Below the pieces are notes generated by a model. It searched no databases, was not told the origin of the DNA, and saw only the letters and a list, made by a program, of their open reading frames with translations. Shown piece after piece: positions 1 to 10,912 of a DNA stretch of 64,000 nucleotides. Location of the stretch: positions 800,001-864,000 of the forward strand of contig OZ252243.1 of the NCBI GenBank assembly GCA_965249555.1, in the 5' to 3' direction. Source of the stretch: Nitrosopumilus sp. (GTDB taxonomy: Archaea; Thermoproteota; Nitrososphaeria; Nitrososphaerales; Nitrosopumilaceae). The position numbers and the translations under genes were made by a program. Positions within the stretch are counted from its first letter, which is position 1. Every line of letters starts with the position of its first letter.

Positions 1-653
1 TTTTGTGGTGTTGGCTCTGATCCACGTCCTGGAAAGTTTCCATCAATGTTTTGATTTACTAAGAGTACCTTACAGTGAAGCATTTTACAAAAATCAGGTG
101 CAGAAACTGCCTGTGCACCGTTTCCTAAATCTAAAACAACTTTGAAATTTTTTGATTCTATTAATTTGGAATCAACTTGAGATACAATTCCTTTAAGATA
201 TGTTTCAACGGCTCTTTCTTCTTTTCCTGTCATACCCCAATTTTCAATATTCTTTATCCAACTTTTTTGCAGGTAAATATCTTCAATTATTAATTCGTCT
301 TCTCGTGAAATCTCAACTCCATCTTTTGCAGCTGGCTTGATTCCATTGTATTGAGATGGATTGTGAGATGCAGTAATCATAATTCCGCCAGAATATCCCA
401 AAGTCTTTACTGCAAATTCAAGACATGGGGTTGGAACAATTCCTGCAACATTACAATTAATTCCAATTGAATTCAATGCAGAGATTATTACTTTGCAAAT
501 TACTGGACTTGATTCTCTTCCATCAAAACCAATCAGTATTGGTCCTCTTTCAAAGTAAGTTCCAATAGCTAAAGTCATATCATGAACAAATTCTAATGTA
601 AAGTCTTCAGAGAACACTCCACGAATTCCATTAGTTCCAAAAAATTTCGCCAC
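1..653 (-). CDS. glmM: phosphoglucosamine mutase / phosphomannomutase (3' end outside window)
   Basis: Not in ORF track. GTG start at 653 reads MAKFFGTNGIRG; the ITASHNP phosphoserine motif is present. Confidence 0.85.
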   Translation of the reverse strand, partial: MAKFFGTNGIRGVFSEDFTLEFVHDMTLAIGTYFERGPILIGFDGRESSPVICKVIISALNSIGINCNVAGIVPTPCLEFAVKTLGYSGGIMITASHNPSQYNGIKPAAKDGVEISREDELIIEDIYLQKSWIKNIENWGMTGKEERAVETYLKGIVSQVDSKLIESKNFKVVLDLGNGAQAVSAPDFCKMLHCKVLLVNQNIDGNFPGRGSEPTPQ

Positions 654-700
654 GATATTATTCAATAATAGATAAATTTGTGTTTAATGGCATGTCCGTT

Positions 701-785
701 GCGGGAGTCGCCCAGCCTGGTCAAAGGCGTAGGGCTTAGGACCCTATCTCTTAGGAGTTCGTGGGTTCGAATCCCACCTCCCGCA
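701..785 (+). tRNA. tRNA-Leu(TAG)
   Basis: GCGGGAG/CTCCCGC acceptor stem, anticodon arm TAGGG-CTTAGGA-CCCTA, long variable arm, TTCGAAT T-loop. Confidence 0.97.
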
Positions 786-840
786 CCTTTTTGATTTCTG
801 TGAATGATTAATAATGAGAAAATTCCCAACAAACAAAGCC

Positions 841-1683
841 ATGAAAAAGACAGTCATCGGAATTACAGTAGTTGGAAAAGATAGAGAGGGAATTGTAGCC
901 GCATTTACAAATTTTGCATTCTCAAAACATGGAAACATCGAGAAAGTAAACCAAAATGTAATCAAAGGTCTTTTTGGAATGTATCTAGAAATATCTTTTT
1001 CAAAAACAGTTGATGTAAAGAGATTTGATGCCGAAATACAAAGTTTAGCTAAAAAAGAGAAGATGGATGTAAGTACACATCATGAAACAAATTCGCAGAA
1101 AAATATTGCAGTATTTGTAGCAAAAGAGCAACTTTGTCTTAAAACAATTCTGGATAATGCAAAATCACTCAAAGGAAAAATATCAGTAATAATTGGTTCA
1201 GAAAAAACACTTGGATCACTAGCAAAAAAAGCAAAGATTCCATTTGTTGTGGTACAAGAAAAGGATCAACAAAAGGCAGAAGAAAAAATTATTGAGATAT
1301 GCAAAAAGTATGAGATAGACTTGATCTCACTTGCAAGATACATGAGAATTCTTAGTCCTAACTTTGTTTGGAGATATCCAAACAGAATAATTAACATTCA
1401 TCCATCAATATTACCTGCATTCCCAGGAGCATTAGCATATGCACAAGCTTATGAAAGAGGTACAAAAATTGTTGGTGTAACTTCGCATTATGTTACAGAG
1501 AACTTGGATCAAGGACCAATTATCTTCCAAGATTCATTCAAAGTGGATCCAAATGATACGTTAGAAAAAATTAAAACAAAAGGACAAAGACTAGAAGCAG
1601 ACACATTGCTTAAAGCAATGAAGATGCATCTAGAAAATAAATTGGAAGTTCGTTGGAGAAAGGTTCACATCAAATCAAAGTGA
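841..1683 (+). CDS. purU: formyltetrahydrofolate deformylase
   Basis: N-terminal ACT domain (GKDREGIVA), LARYMRILS, INIHPS and GVTSHYVT..LDQGPII motifs. The second ATG is the more likely start. Confidence 0.93.
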   Translation: MKKTVIGITVVGKDREGIVAAFTNFAFSKHGNIEKVNQNVIKGLFGMYLEISFSKTVDVKRFDAEIQSLAKKEKMDVSTHHETNSQKNIAVFVAKEQLCLKTILDNAKSLKGKISVIIGSEKTLGSLAKKAKIPFVVVQEKDQQKAEEKIIEICKKYEIDLISLARYMRILSPNFVWRYPNRIINIHPSILPAFPGALAYAQAYERGTKIVGVTSHYVTENLDQGPIIFQDSFKVDPNDTLEKIKTKGQRLEADTLLKAMKMHLENKLEVRWRKVHIKSK

Positions 1684-1688
1684 ATTAA

Positions 1689-2411
1689 ATGACAGATATC
1701 AAGGCACAATTTGATCCTAATCTTAGAAAATCAATTAAAAAGAAAAAACAAGTGGCAATAATTCCAATAGGCTCAATTGAGCAGCACGGTCCACATTTAC
1801 CCATATCAACGGATTCAGATATTGTAACTGAAGTAGCAAAAAGACTGTCTGAAATGAAAGGATATCTTCTTCTTCCAACACTAACCTATGGAGTTTCATT
1901 TGAGCATGCACCATTTTTTAATTTGAGTGTTAGAGAATCAACCTTACGAACTGTTCTAACTGATTTGTGTTCATCACTTTTAGCAAACAACATTAAGACA
2001 GTTTTCATAATTAATGGGCATCATGGAAATCTAAAATCAATCAAAAACATTGATGTGAAGCTCCAAAAAATCTCAAAAAACAATCTCAAAGTATTTCCAT
2101 TATCTTATTGGCATTTTATGAAAAGAGAGTTTGATCATGCAGGATTTGTAGAGACATCACTAATGTTAGCAATTTCAAAAAACGTCAAAATGAAATTGGC
2201 AAAAAAAGGGTTAATCACAGACGGGATGACAAAACAAGAAATCAAAAAACTTGGAAAACTTGCTAATCAATCATTTCCCAAAGCTACCAAAAACGGAATT
2301 TGGGGCGATCCTACAAAAGCCACAAAAAAGGATGGACAGTCAATTTTAGCTGAAATCGTTAAAAATCTGGGAAAAAAGTGTCAAACTTGCCTTACTGGGT
2401 ATAGCTCATAG
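1689..2411 (+). CDS. creatininase family amidohydrolase
   Basis: GSIEQHGPHLP..TD, NGHHGN and DHAG..ETS motifs. Confidence 0.9.
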   Translation: MTDIKAQFDPNLRKSIKKKKQVAIIPIGSIEQHGPHLPISTDSDIVTEVAKRLSEMKGYLLLPTLTYGVSFEHAPFFNLSVRESTLRTVLTDLCSSLLANNIKTVFIINGHHGNLKSIKNIDVKLQKISKNNLKVFPLSYWHFMKREFDHAGFVETSLMLAISKNVKMKLAKKGLITDGMTKQEIKKLGKLANQSFPKATKNGIWGDPTKATKKDGQSILAEIVKNLGKKCQTCLTGYSS

Positions 2412-2468
2412 TTACACCAATGAAATTTTAATATAATCCCTCAATATCAAAGCCAATAAGTGAAATAG

Positions 2469-2705
2469 ATGTCCGTTGATATGGCAGTAAAAGTATTGGA
2501 TGAGAGTATCAATCAAGTTGTATTGATAAAGCTCAAAGGTAACAAAATACTTAGAGGTAATCTTCTTGGTTTTGACCAACACATGAATCTGCTACTCGAC
2601 TCTTCAGAGGAAATTCCTGCTGAAGGCGAGACAAACAGCCTTGGAACCATCGTAGTTAGAGGAGACAATGTAGTTATGATATCTCCTCCACCACCAAAGA
2701 AATAG
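2469..2705 (+). CDS. Sm-like (LSm) RNA-binding protein
   Basis: [13 protein letters not shown] and VVRGDNV Sm motifs; directly upstream of rpl37e, as is typical in archaea. Confidence 0.95.
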   Translation: MSVDMAVKVLDESINQVVLIKLKGNKILRGNLLGFDQHMNLLLDSSEEIPAEGETNSLGTIVVRGDNVVMISPPPPKK

Positions 2706-2715
2706 GTGATTTGAG

Positions 2716-2883
2716 ATGGTAAAAGGCACAACTTCTATGGGTGGTTTTACAAAGAAGAAAGTTCACATCAGGTGTAGAAGATGTGGTAAAAACTCGCTTC
2801 ACAAACGTCATCATCAATGTGCAAGTTGTGGATTCCCAAAGGCTAAACGCAGAAAGTATTCCTGGATTAAATGGTATACATAG
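2716..2883 (+). CDS. rpl37e: 50S ribosomal protein L37e
   Basis: Below the ORF-track cutoff; translates [41 protein letters not shown]... Confidence 0.95.
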   Translation: MVKGTTSMGGFTKKKVHIRCRRCGKNSLHKRHHQCASCGFPKAKRRKYSWIKWYT

Positions 2884-3834
2884 ATGCAAGAAATTGTTCT
2901 TATTCTTAGTTCATTAGCGGGTGTAGCTACAGCTGTTGCTGCACGAAAAATGCCAAGAGGTAAAAAACAATTACTCAGCCTTGGTGCTAGTTCACACATT
3001 AAAAGTAAAATTAATACTCTAAAAATTGAAAAAGATATTCTTACAAAAACAATTACAAGGCTATACCAAGCAGACTCTGAATTTTCTAAAATTCAAAAGG
3101 ACAGACTATTACTGAGATATCAACACCAATTAGGAATTGTTTTAGCTAAACTAGAAAAACTCGAGCAAGCAGGTAAACATCCAGACTTGGGTCCAGTAGG
3201 AGATGGTTTGATAACTTTGATGGATCAAAAATTATCAAAACTAGATGATAGATTGTATGAATTATCATCAAAGATGACAAGTGCAAAAATAGAAAAACCA
3301 GAAATTAAAGAGACAAAGAGCGAACCGAAACAAAGTGTATCAAAATCATGGTTCAACTTTGAGAAGCCAAAAGAAACAAAGAGCGAACCAACTGTAATTC
3401 CCCCAACAAAATCAAAACAGTCATTTGAATTTTCTACCTTAACAAATATTCCAACAAAGGATTCAAAATTTCCATTATTGGAAAAAGAAGAATCAAAACA
3501 AGAAATTACAAGCCCAATACCACAGCCAAAGACAGTTCAGACTGAAATAATTAAACCAAAAGAAGAGATTGTCCAGGAAATTATTCAACCAAAAACTGAA
3601 GATGAAATTGAGGTTATTCAGTCAGTTACACCAAAACCAGAGTCAGTATTAGATACAAAGCCTGACATAGACAAAGAAGTTGCAAAGATTACAGAGCACA
3701 AGGCACTACCAGAACCAGAACAAAAACCAATAACATTGGATGATGACTTTGATGATGATGCAGACGATCTAGACAAAATCAAAAGTAATATCATGAGAGT
3801 TCTATCAAAGCTTGATCAGGCAGAGGTAGAGTAA
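2884..3834 (+). CDS. hypothetical protein (N-terminal anchor, coiled coil, P/E/K-rich linker)
   Basis: 316 aa ORF translationally coupled within the operon. Confidence 0.75.
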   Translation: MQEIVLILSSLAGVATAVAARKMPRGKKQLLSLGASSHIKSKINTLKIEKDILTKTITRLYQADSEFSKIQKDRLLLRYQHQLGIVLAKLEKLEQAGKHPDLGPVGDGLITLMDQKLSKLDDRLYELSSKMTSAKIEKPEIKETKSEPKQSVSKSWFNFEKPKETKSEPTVIPPTKSKQSFEFSTLTNIPTKDSKFPLLEKEESKQEITSPIPQPKTVQTEIIKPKEEIVQEIIQPKTEDEIEVIQSVTPKPESVLDTKPDIDKEVAKITEHKALPEPEQKPITLDDDFDDDADDLDKIKSNIMRVLSKLDQAEVE

Positions 3835-4509
3835 TTGTCCTATGATAGTGCCATTACGACATTATCAAGTTATGCACTAAAACATGTCAAAGACTATTCC
3901 ATAATAGGATTAGGAAGTGGAAGAGCAGCAACTGCACTTGTAAAATCACTTTCAAGACTAATCGAAATAAAAGATTATCACATTGTTGGAATTCCAACTT
4001 CATTACAAATCAAACAAGTTGCAGAAAACGAAGGCATACCACTAATAGAAGCTGATCAGGTAGATCATATTGATGTTGTATTTGATGGTGCAGATCAAAT
4101 TGATTCTCAAAAATTTGTAATCAAAGGAGGAGGAGGTGCTTTACTGCGGGAAAATGTTTTGTTTAGTCTTGCAAAAAAAGTTGTAGTTATGGCAGACAAG
4201 AGCAAGTTTGTAAAAAATTTTACAAGAACTGTTCCAGTAGAAGTTCATCCATTTGCTAGAAGTTCAGTAATAAATGCAATTGAAAAACTAGGAGGAAAAG
4301 TACAACTACGAACAATGGATAGAGGCTATTCATTTTTTACAGAAAATGGTAACATAATTTTAGATTGTGATTTTGGAACAATAAGGAATCCAAAAGTACT
4401 TACTCAAAAAATCAAACAGATTGCTGGAGTTTTAGAGTCCGGAATTTTTCTTAGAAAACCAGATGTAATTTACAGAGCCAAGACAGGTGGCAAATTTGAT
4501 ATTCTCTAG
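3835..4509 (+). CDS. rpiA: ribose-5-phosphate isomerase A
   Basis: GLGSG, DGADQ and IKGGGGALLRE motifs. Confidence 0.95.
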   Translation: MSYDSAITTLSSYALKHVKDYSIIGLGSGRAATALVKSLSRLIEIKDYHIVGIPTSLQIKQVAENEGIPLIEADQVDHIDVVFDGADQIDSQKFVIKGGGGALLRENVLFSLAKKVVVMADKSKFVKNFTRTVPVEVHPFARSSVINAIEKLGGKVQLRTMDRGYSFFTENGNIILDCDFGTIRNPKVLTQKIKQIAGVLESGIFLRKPDVIYRAKTGGKFDIL

Positions 4510-4524
4510 AATATTGTAACAAAT

Positions 4525-5229
4525 CTATTCTTTTTTACCAAATTTTCCCAGTAGAGGAACAAAAACATAGTTTGATTCGTTTTTGATTTCAATAATTCCT
4601 TCAGTGGTCTTTTTTAACAAAACTAATGACTGAGATGAGCCTCCTACAGGCGCAAGTATGAGCCCATTTTTATCTAGTTGTTCAAGTAATGGCAAAGGAA
4701 TTTCTGTACATGCTGCAGTAATTATGATTCTATCATACGGTGATTCTTGTGGATAACCCATACTACCATCACCGAAAATCACATGAGTGTTATCTAGTCC
4801 AAATTTTTCTAAATTTTCTCTTGCAAATTTTACTAGTTCTGAATGTCTTTCAAGAGAATAAATAGTACCTGTTCCTACCAAGTAAGAGAGAATTGCAGTC
4901 TGCCAAGCAGATCCAGTACCAATCTCAAGAATTTTTTGCCCATCTTTAACATCTAACCACTCTGTCATTCTTGACACAACTCCCGGTTGAGAAATGGTCT
5001 GATCTTTCATAATTGATAGTGGTTCATTGTAATATGCTACATCTAATGCTGATGTAGGAACAAATTCATGTCTGGGAATGTTTCTAAACGCAGATTCAAC
5101 ATTATCGTCATTAAGAAATCCTGAATCCCTTAGAAAATGGATTAAATTATCTAGTGCTATCTGATATTTTTTCTCAATTTTAGTTCCATTCAACCAGTAT
5201 AGGTAGAATTTTTTATCATTTAAACCCAA
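4525..5229 (-). CDS. pcm: protein-L-isoaspartate O-methyltransferase
   Basis: PRHEFVP, QTISQP, LEIGTGS and PYDRIIITAA motifs. Confidence 0.93.
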   Translation of the reverse strand: MGLNDKKFYLYWLNGTKIEKKYQIALDNLIHFLRDSGFLNDDNVESAFRNIPRHEFVPTSALDVAYYNEPLSIMKDQTISQPGVVSRMTEWLDVKDGQKILEIGTGSAWQTAILSYLVGTGTIYSLERHSELVKFARENLEKFGLDNTHVIFGDGSMGYPQESPYDRIIITAACTEIPLPLLEQLDKNGLILAPVGGSSQSLVLLKKTTEGIIEIKNESNYVFVPLLGKFGKKE

Positions 5230-5233
5230 TTTG

Positions 5234-6637
5234 TTATTTTGAAAATAAGTTAATTTTTCGTTCTACCAATTTACCATGACCAGGTTTTCCAATCACTTCA
5301 AAGTCATCAGCAACTATTTCTCCTCTAACAATTGTTTTAACAGGCCATCCTTTTAGATTTCTTCCTTCATATATGATATAATCAGAAAAGCCTCCAAACA
5401 AATCAGATGTTACTTTCTTTTCTTTTTTCAAATCTATCATAGTAATGTCTGCATCAGAATTTTTTTCCAGTGTTCCTTTTTGCGGATACATTCCAAAAAT
5501 TTGAGCGGCATTTTTACTTGTAAATTGCACAAACTGCTCAAGTGTTATTCTGTTTTGGTTTACGCCATCATTGAGTAATATTGGAATCACAGTTCCAATT
5601 CCCGGAAATCCTGCCAATGCTCCCCAAACATCATCTCCATCTAGTTTGAGTTTGAGTTGGTTTGCAACATGATCTGTGCCTATAGTATCAATAAGATTTT
5701 GAGAGAGAGCATTCCAAACTGCCTTGTTGTCATTTCCAGTTCTTATTGGAGGCATAACTTTAGCAAGATATCCTTCTTGTTTTTCAATGGACAGTGTAAG
5801 ATAGTGTGGACATGTCTCAACAAAAATTTTTGTTCCAAGTTTTTTCTCTTCTTGAATCTGTGCTAGTGCTATCTCTGAGCCAATGTGAACAAAGTAGATT
5901 ACACAGTCATAATTTCGTCCAAACTTTGAGACAGTCTTAATTGCTTTTGCCTCAAATTCTGGAGAACGACTTTGAGACCACGCAGAAAGTCCGTCTTGTT
6001 TTTTTTCTCTTGCAGTTTTAATTCCACATCCACATGACTCATAGTCTTCTGCATGGACTAGTACTGGACAGCCAAGTGAAGCTGCAGTTTTTACAATCTG
6101 TTCAACTAGTTCATCAGTAACATCTACCTTAGCTGCAACAAGTTTAGAGGAGTTTGGTGGCATGTCCATATACACATGACCGACTTCGCCGCCAAGATTC
6201 ATGTAAATTTTAAAAGACGTGATTCCTTTTTCAATACAAAAATTCATCTCATTGACTTGTTGAGTAGTGAAAACAGAAGCATGAATTGCATAATCAATGT
6301 AATGACTCTGAGATGATGCATCAAGCTGAGCTTGTAATGAACTAGAAAATGAATTTTCTAATCTAAGCATTCTCATCATAGTTGTTATTCCACCAATTGC
6401 TGCAGCGTGAGATTCAGTTTTTGCTGATTCATTTATTGAAGAATACACACCATAATGAACATGAGTGTCAATTGGACCAGGAATAGAAATTAATCCATTG
6501 CCATTGATTTTGTTATCACAGGCAGGGGTATCATTTGTAAATCCAACAATTTTTCCCTCATCAATTAGAATATTTTTGTAAATCATTCCCTGAGGAAGTA
6601 CAATGTGTGAATCAATAATCACAGTATCATACGTCAT
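5234..6637 (-). CDS. dihydroorotase/allantoinase-family cyclic amidohydrolase
   Basis: PGPIDTHVH, VHAED, ETCPHYL, PPIR and GTDH motifs. Confidence 0.88.
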   Translation of the reverse strand: MTYDTVIIDSHIVLPQGMIYKNILIDEGKIVGFTNDTPACDNKINGNGLISIPGPIDTHVHYGVYSSINESAKTESHAAAIGGITTMMRMLRLENSFSSSLQAQLDASSQSHYIDYAIHASVFTTQQVNEMNFCIEKGITSFKIYMNLGGEVGHVYMDMPPNSSKLVAAKVDVTDELVEQIVKTAASLGCPVLVHAEDYESCGCGIKTAREKKQDGLSAWSQSRSPEFEAKAIKTVSKFGRNYDCVIYFVHIGSEIALAQIQEEKKLGTKIFVETCPHYLTLSIEKQEGYLAKVMPPIRTGNDNKAVWNALSQNLIDTIGTDHVANQLKLKLDGDDVWGALAGFPGIGTVIPILLNDGVNQNRITLEQFVQFTSKNAAQIFGMYPQKGTLEKNSDADITMIDLKKEKKVTSDLFGGFSDYIIYEGRNLKGWPVKTIVRGEIVADDFEVIGKPGHGKLVERKINLFSK

Positions 6638-6713
6638 TTGAAAATTTTATACCTGGCAGTCTATTATGCGTTAAGAAAATGAATAAAAATACAACTAAAA
6701 AGAAGTGATTCAG

Positions 6714-6785
6714 GGGCCGGTGGTTTAGGGGTATGATGCCTCGTTCGCAACGAGGATGTCGAGGGTTCGATTCCCTCCCGGTCCA
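6714..6785 (+). tRNA. tRNA-Ala(CGC)
   Basis: GGGCCGG/CCGGTCC acceptor stem with G3:U70; anticodon arm CCTCG-TTCGCAA-CGAGG. Confidence 0.96.
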
Positions 6786-6790
6786 CTACT

Positions 6791-7039
6791 TTGGTGTCCT
6801 TTTTATGGTTCCGCTACAATGGTGATCACTTGAAGATAACAAAAGAAGAACTATCACATTCTACAGAAGAGTTGGTCCTAGACTTGTGCTTGCAAGTAAT
6901 AAAGGCTGACGCTACCAAGAAAAAATACACAAGGACATTACGAAAGATAGTTTGTGATATCTTTGAGGACGTTTTAGAGGGGGATTTTGAGCAAAGAGTC
7001 AATCAACTAGCCAAACTATCAAGTGAGAATCCAAAATAA
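6791..7039 (+). CDS. hypothetical protein (accessory, next to tRNA-Ala)
   Basis: 82 aa ORF; start uncertain. Confidence 0.45.
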   Translation: MVSFLWFRYNGDHLKITKEELSHSTEELVLDLCLQVIKADATKKKYTRTLRKIVCDIFEDVLEGDFEQRVNQLAKLSSENPK

Positions 7040-7291
7040 CCTGTTAGAACATGAAAAACACATCAAATCAGAATTAGAGCGATGGATTAAGAATCTAGAA
7101 ACAGAATTGAATTTTAGATTAGAAGAGGCGTTTAGAAATGATAAAAGCCATATTCAATCACTAAGCAAATCATAATGTCATAATCTTGAGTAATAAAAAA
7201 AATTATTGCCATAGGTGTAAAATAAGAGTATATGCTATCTGTTATTCAATATTTTAGATCATTTTAAAGAAAGTACGTTGATAACAATTTC

Positions 7292-9310
7292 ATGGTCTGT
7301 ATCCATAAATTAGAATTTGAAAATCTTTATTCTTATTCAAATGGAAACAGTTTAGAGTTATCAAACAACAATATAATTGTCGGTCCAAATAATTCGGGCA
7401 AATCAAATATTTTTAGAATCATTAAATTACTACAAAATGTATTGTCAGAGAATCATTCATTAGGAGATTCTGAATTATTCTCCAATACATCCACAGCATT
7501 TCTAGAAATTGACATGACACTATCCTCTGATGAATCAGACATGCTTGTAAAACATATGAGTTTCTATCAAAACCCCAACAATAGCTCACTACGATTTTAT
7601 GAATTTCAAAACTTTAAGAAAATTTCTGAATTATTTAGAGATTTAACCATAAAGTTGACGTGGAAAAAAAGTTTCAATAGAGAAGGATATAAACTATTTA
7701 TCGAATTAAAATTTACAAAAATGAACTTGATTTTTCTTGGCAAATATTGGCCAAGCTATTTTATGATTTCTAATAGCAGCGTAAAACAAGAATCATTTCC
7801 AAATGTTGAAAATATTCATCTACATGAATTTTTAGATTCAATGATTGATTCTGATGCAATAGAATATACAAATAATTTTTTTAATGAACATAAAGAAAAA
7901 ATTTTAAAAATAGAGTCCATACGAAGAGATGCAAATTATGAAATGTCTGATAGGGGGCGCGAGATTTTTCAAGACATAGTTCAATTCTTAGATATTACTG
8001 AAAAATCAAATTCAGACATGGCTTTTTTTCAAATAATTGAACAAATTCTGAAAAATGGGATAAAAATTACTAGAGGAGGTGTTAATTTGAATCAAATTAC
8101 AATGGCAGAATTAGTAAAAAGAATACAATTTGGAACCAATAATTTTGCTAGACAAGATTCGGATAATCAAAAGACACTATTCAATCAAACACTTGAAACA
8201 CAAGCATTAAAAAAAGATTTAGAATTTGTCGATTATTTGAGAGATGATGGGAGTAACATCGCCCAGTTTTTATTTAGTCTTAGAAATTCTCCCAAAACCC
8301 ATGACAGAGAAAAATATCGGATAATAAAAAAAACATTTGAAGAACTTTGTTCATCTGAATTTCTTGAACTTGACATAATACTTGATTATGATATTGAGAG
8401 AAAAACAGGCTGGAGAACTTTAGAAATTTTAAGTGAGCCTAAATTTCCAAAAATCATTATCATTAACAAAAAGACACGAATTCATTATTCCATTGACAAG
8501 ATTGGGGCAGGTATATCTGAGATTCTTTATCTTCTTACTACTTCCTATGGATTTGAAAATACGATAATTTTGATGGATGAGCCATCAGTAAACCTTCACC
8601 CGACAAAAGCCAAAGAAGTAATGAGAAAAATCATAAAATTTAATCCAAAAAATCAATTTATCATCATAACTCATTCACCAGAATTAACACATACCATGAT
8701 TTTTGAAAATCATGCAGACCTATGTTATGTGAGAAAAACTGATGGAGTCAGCAAAATATTTGTCATGAAAAAAGAAGAAAAAAGTGAATTTGATGAAGAG
8801 CGAGGCAGATTGAAGCATCAAATAGATAGCAGGGTTTTTTTTGGAAAATGTGTAATTCTATGTGAGGGTGAATCCGATAGGAATCTTTTTGGAATTGTAG
8901 AATATCTGACATCTACAGATAGAAAGTATGATCTTGAAGCAAATGATGTTTTGATTACAAGTATTGGAGGACACAGTAATTTTCCAAAATATATAAAATT
9001 ACTATCCAGTTTAGGAATTCCATATGTTATATTGGCAGACATTCAAGCCAAAAAATTCCTACCAGAGTCATTTGCAACAATGACAAAAAATGGAATTATC
9101 GGTGATAGCAGTGTGATTGTGATAGATGGAAATTTGAAAGATTTGATGAATGAAATTGACGGTGAACTATATTCTAAAATAAAACTAAAGGTAGGAAAGT
9201 CAAAGCCTACAGTGTCATTTGAATTTGCAAGTCAAATTTATGAAAAAAATCCGGATGCTCTAAAACCTGTAGAAGATTTTTTATCTTTAGCTATTGAAAA
9301 AAGTAAATAG
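7292..9310 (+). CDS. OLD-family ATP-dependent nuclease (ABC ATPase + TOPRIM)
   Basis: Walker A GPNNSGKSN, Walker B LMDEPSVNLHP, IITHS H-loop, TOPRIM ILCEGESD. Confidence 0.85.
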   Translation: MVCIHKLEFENLYSYSNGNSLELSNNNIIVGPNNSGKSNIFRIIKLLQNVLSENHSLGDSELFSNTSTAFLEIDMTLSSDESDMLVKHMSFYQNPNNSSLRFYEFQNFKKISELFRDLTIKLTWKKSFNREGYKLFIELKFTKMNLIFLGKYWPSYFMISNSSVKQESFPNVENIHLHEFLDSMIDSDAIEYTNNFFNEHKEKILKIESIRRDANYEMSDRGREIFQDIVQFLDITEKSNSDMAFFQIIEQILKNGIKITRGGVNLNQITMAELVKRIQFGTNNFARQDSDNQKTLFNQTLETQALKKDLEFVDYLRDDGSNIAQFLFSLRNSPKTHDREKYRIIKKTFEELCSSEFLELDIILDYDIERKTGWRTLEILSEPKFPKIIIINKKTRIHYSIDKIGAGISEILYLLTTSYGFENTIILMDEPSVNLHPTKAKEVMRKIIKFNPKNQFIIITHSPELTHTMIFENHADLCYVRKTDGVSKIFVMKKEEKSEFDEERGRLKHQIDSRVFFGKCVILCEGESDRNLFGIVEYLTSTDRKYDLEANDVLITSIGGHSNFPKYIKLLSSLGIPYVILADIQAKKFLPESFATMTKNGIIGDSSVIVIDGNLKDLMNEIDGELYSKIKLKVGKSKPTVSFEFASQIYEKNPDALKPVEDFLSLAIEKSK

Positions 9311-9321
9311 TTACAACAGTT

Positions 9322-9590
9322 CAAACCTGTATGGGTTTGGTACTACCAAAGTACAATAAAGATAGAATTGATAAAGCAACAACAAATTTTCCAGTCTTTC
9401 CAAAAATTGCTTTTTTCATTTGCTTTTCAAAAATACTACCAATTTTTCCCAGTTTTCCTTTTTTGATTAAAATCAACAAGACTAGCCCCAATCCAGAAAT
9501 TAGACCAAAATTACCTAACCATTGATCAGAAACATATTCAACAAAAATTAATCTTAGAGGTAGAAATATTCCTAAAGAAATGCCATTACT
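9322..9590 (-). pseudogene. fragment of a membrane protein
   Basis: Startless hydrophobic frame ...IFLPLRLIFVEYVSDQWLGNFGLISGLGLVLLILIKKGK...; bounds approximate. Confidence 0.4.
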
Positions 9591-9714
9591 ATCAACTTCT
9601 CCTTAAAGTCATCCTTTTTCATATGCGCCTCTCCCAATTACTGTATAAGCTCATTTGGTTGAAACATTTCGAATGATTTCAACCCAGAAACCATATTATA
9701 CATAAACAAAGAAT

Positions 9715-10083
9715 ATGGACATTATGGAAGTCTTTGATGGTAAAAAAGCAGCTACTGATTACATGTCAAAGCATACTCTGGCATTTTCTACTCCAGAATT
9801 AACTCTAATGAGATTTGCATTTTGGTTAGGGGATTCAGTCCCAGATCCAAAAAATGAAGGAAAGGGAGTTCCAAGAATGATGACATTTTTGACAGAGCAA
9901 GATTTTGAACCTGTTTTAATTGATGATGACAAATATGAGCCATCAGGTGCAGTTCTAAATTCGGCAAATGTTGGAAATGCATACAGTGAAGCAAAGACAG
10001 ATGGAAAGTTTTGTCCTGAATGCGGCACAACTCTTTCAGCAACAGCAAAGTTCTGTCCTGAATGCGGTACAACTCAAGAATAA
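9715..10083 (+). CDS. double zinc-ribbon protein
   Basis: C-terminal KFCPECG occurs twice. Confidence 0.8.
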   Translation: MDIMEVFDGKKAATDYMSKHTLAFSTPELTLMRFAFWLGDSVPDPKNEGKGVPRMMTFLTEQDFEPVLIDDDKYEPSGAVLNSANVGNAYSEAKTDGKFCPECGTTLSATAKFCPECGTTQE

Positions 10084-10108
10084 GAAAATAGTTTTTTGAT
10101 TTTTAATT

Positions 10109-10648
10109 TTATGTTTTAGTTCCACACTTTGTGCAAAACTTTGCATTTGGTCTTAGTCCAGCACCACATGAAGAACATCCATTTCCACTAGGTTGTGTAA
10201 CATCTCTAGGTACCAAACGTGGATCGGGTGTTGGTAAAGTTCCAACGTCTCCAAATGATTCTTGTGCAGAAACAATTCCTGGCGGACCTCCAACTGGATT
10301 TTCTGCAGTTCCGGCTCTTGGTGGCATTCCCATTCCACCTGCCATACCTCCAGGGTTTCCCATTCCGGGCATCAAACCAGGAGACTGTGTACTTCCAGAA
10401 CCTGAACCCATTGCTTTTTTCATCTCAAATATTACTTTGATTGCTAGAAATTCTAATGCAGAATATGCCACTACGTAATCACCAAGTTTCTGGAAGAATT
10501 GTTTGTCACTTAGTTTACCTTTTTTGTACATATTGTTAGTATCTAGAAATGTTTCATAGTATCCTTGAGATTCATCAAACAAACTTTCTAGTTTTTCATA
10601 TAGCATGTTTAGTGTATCTACTTCACCAAATGACATGAACCTCCTCAA
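10109..10648 (-). CDS. zinc-ribbon domain protein
   Basis: G/M/P-rich linker and C-terminal CSSCG...KFCTKCG. Confidence 0.8.
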   Translation of the reverse strand: MRRFMSFGEVDTLNMLYEKLESLFDESQGYYETFLDTNNMYKKGKLSDKQFFQKLGDYVVAYSALEFLAIKVIFEMKKAMGSGSGSTQSPGLMPGMGNPGGMAGGMGMPPRAGTAENPVGGPPGIVSAQESFGDVGTLPTPDPRLVPRDVTQPSGNGCSSCGAGLRPNAKFCTKCGTKT

Positions 10649-10912
10649 TTTTTGGAATATTAATTACTTTAGGATCAAAATGTGGGCTAGCATTTGCTGT
10701 TTGCCTTTCTGCATTAGAATATCAATTGGATGTTAAACATGCTCAATAGGCTCAACACAGTAACAAGCTATCAATAAATCGATTTTTCTTATCAGAAGTA
10801 GGTTCAGCTAATTTATGAAAATGAAAATGTGTTTATTTTTTTTTGATTATTTTTACAATAATTAAGAAATTCAAGAATCAAAGTTATTTTTAATACTGTT
10901 TTTAGGATACTG

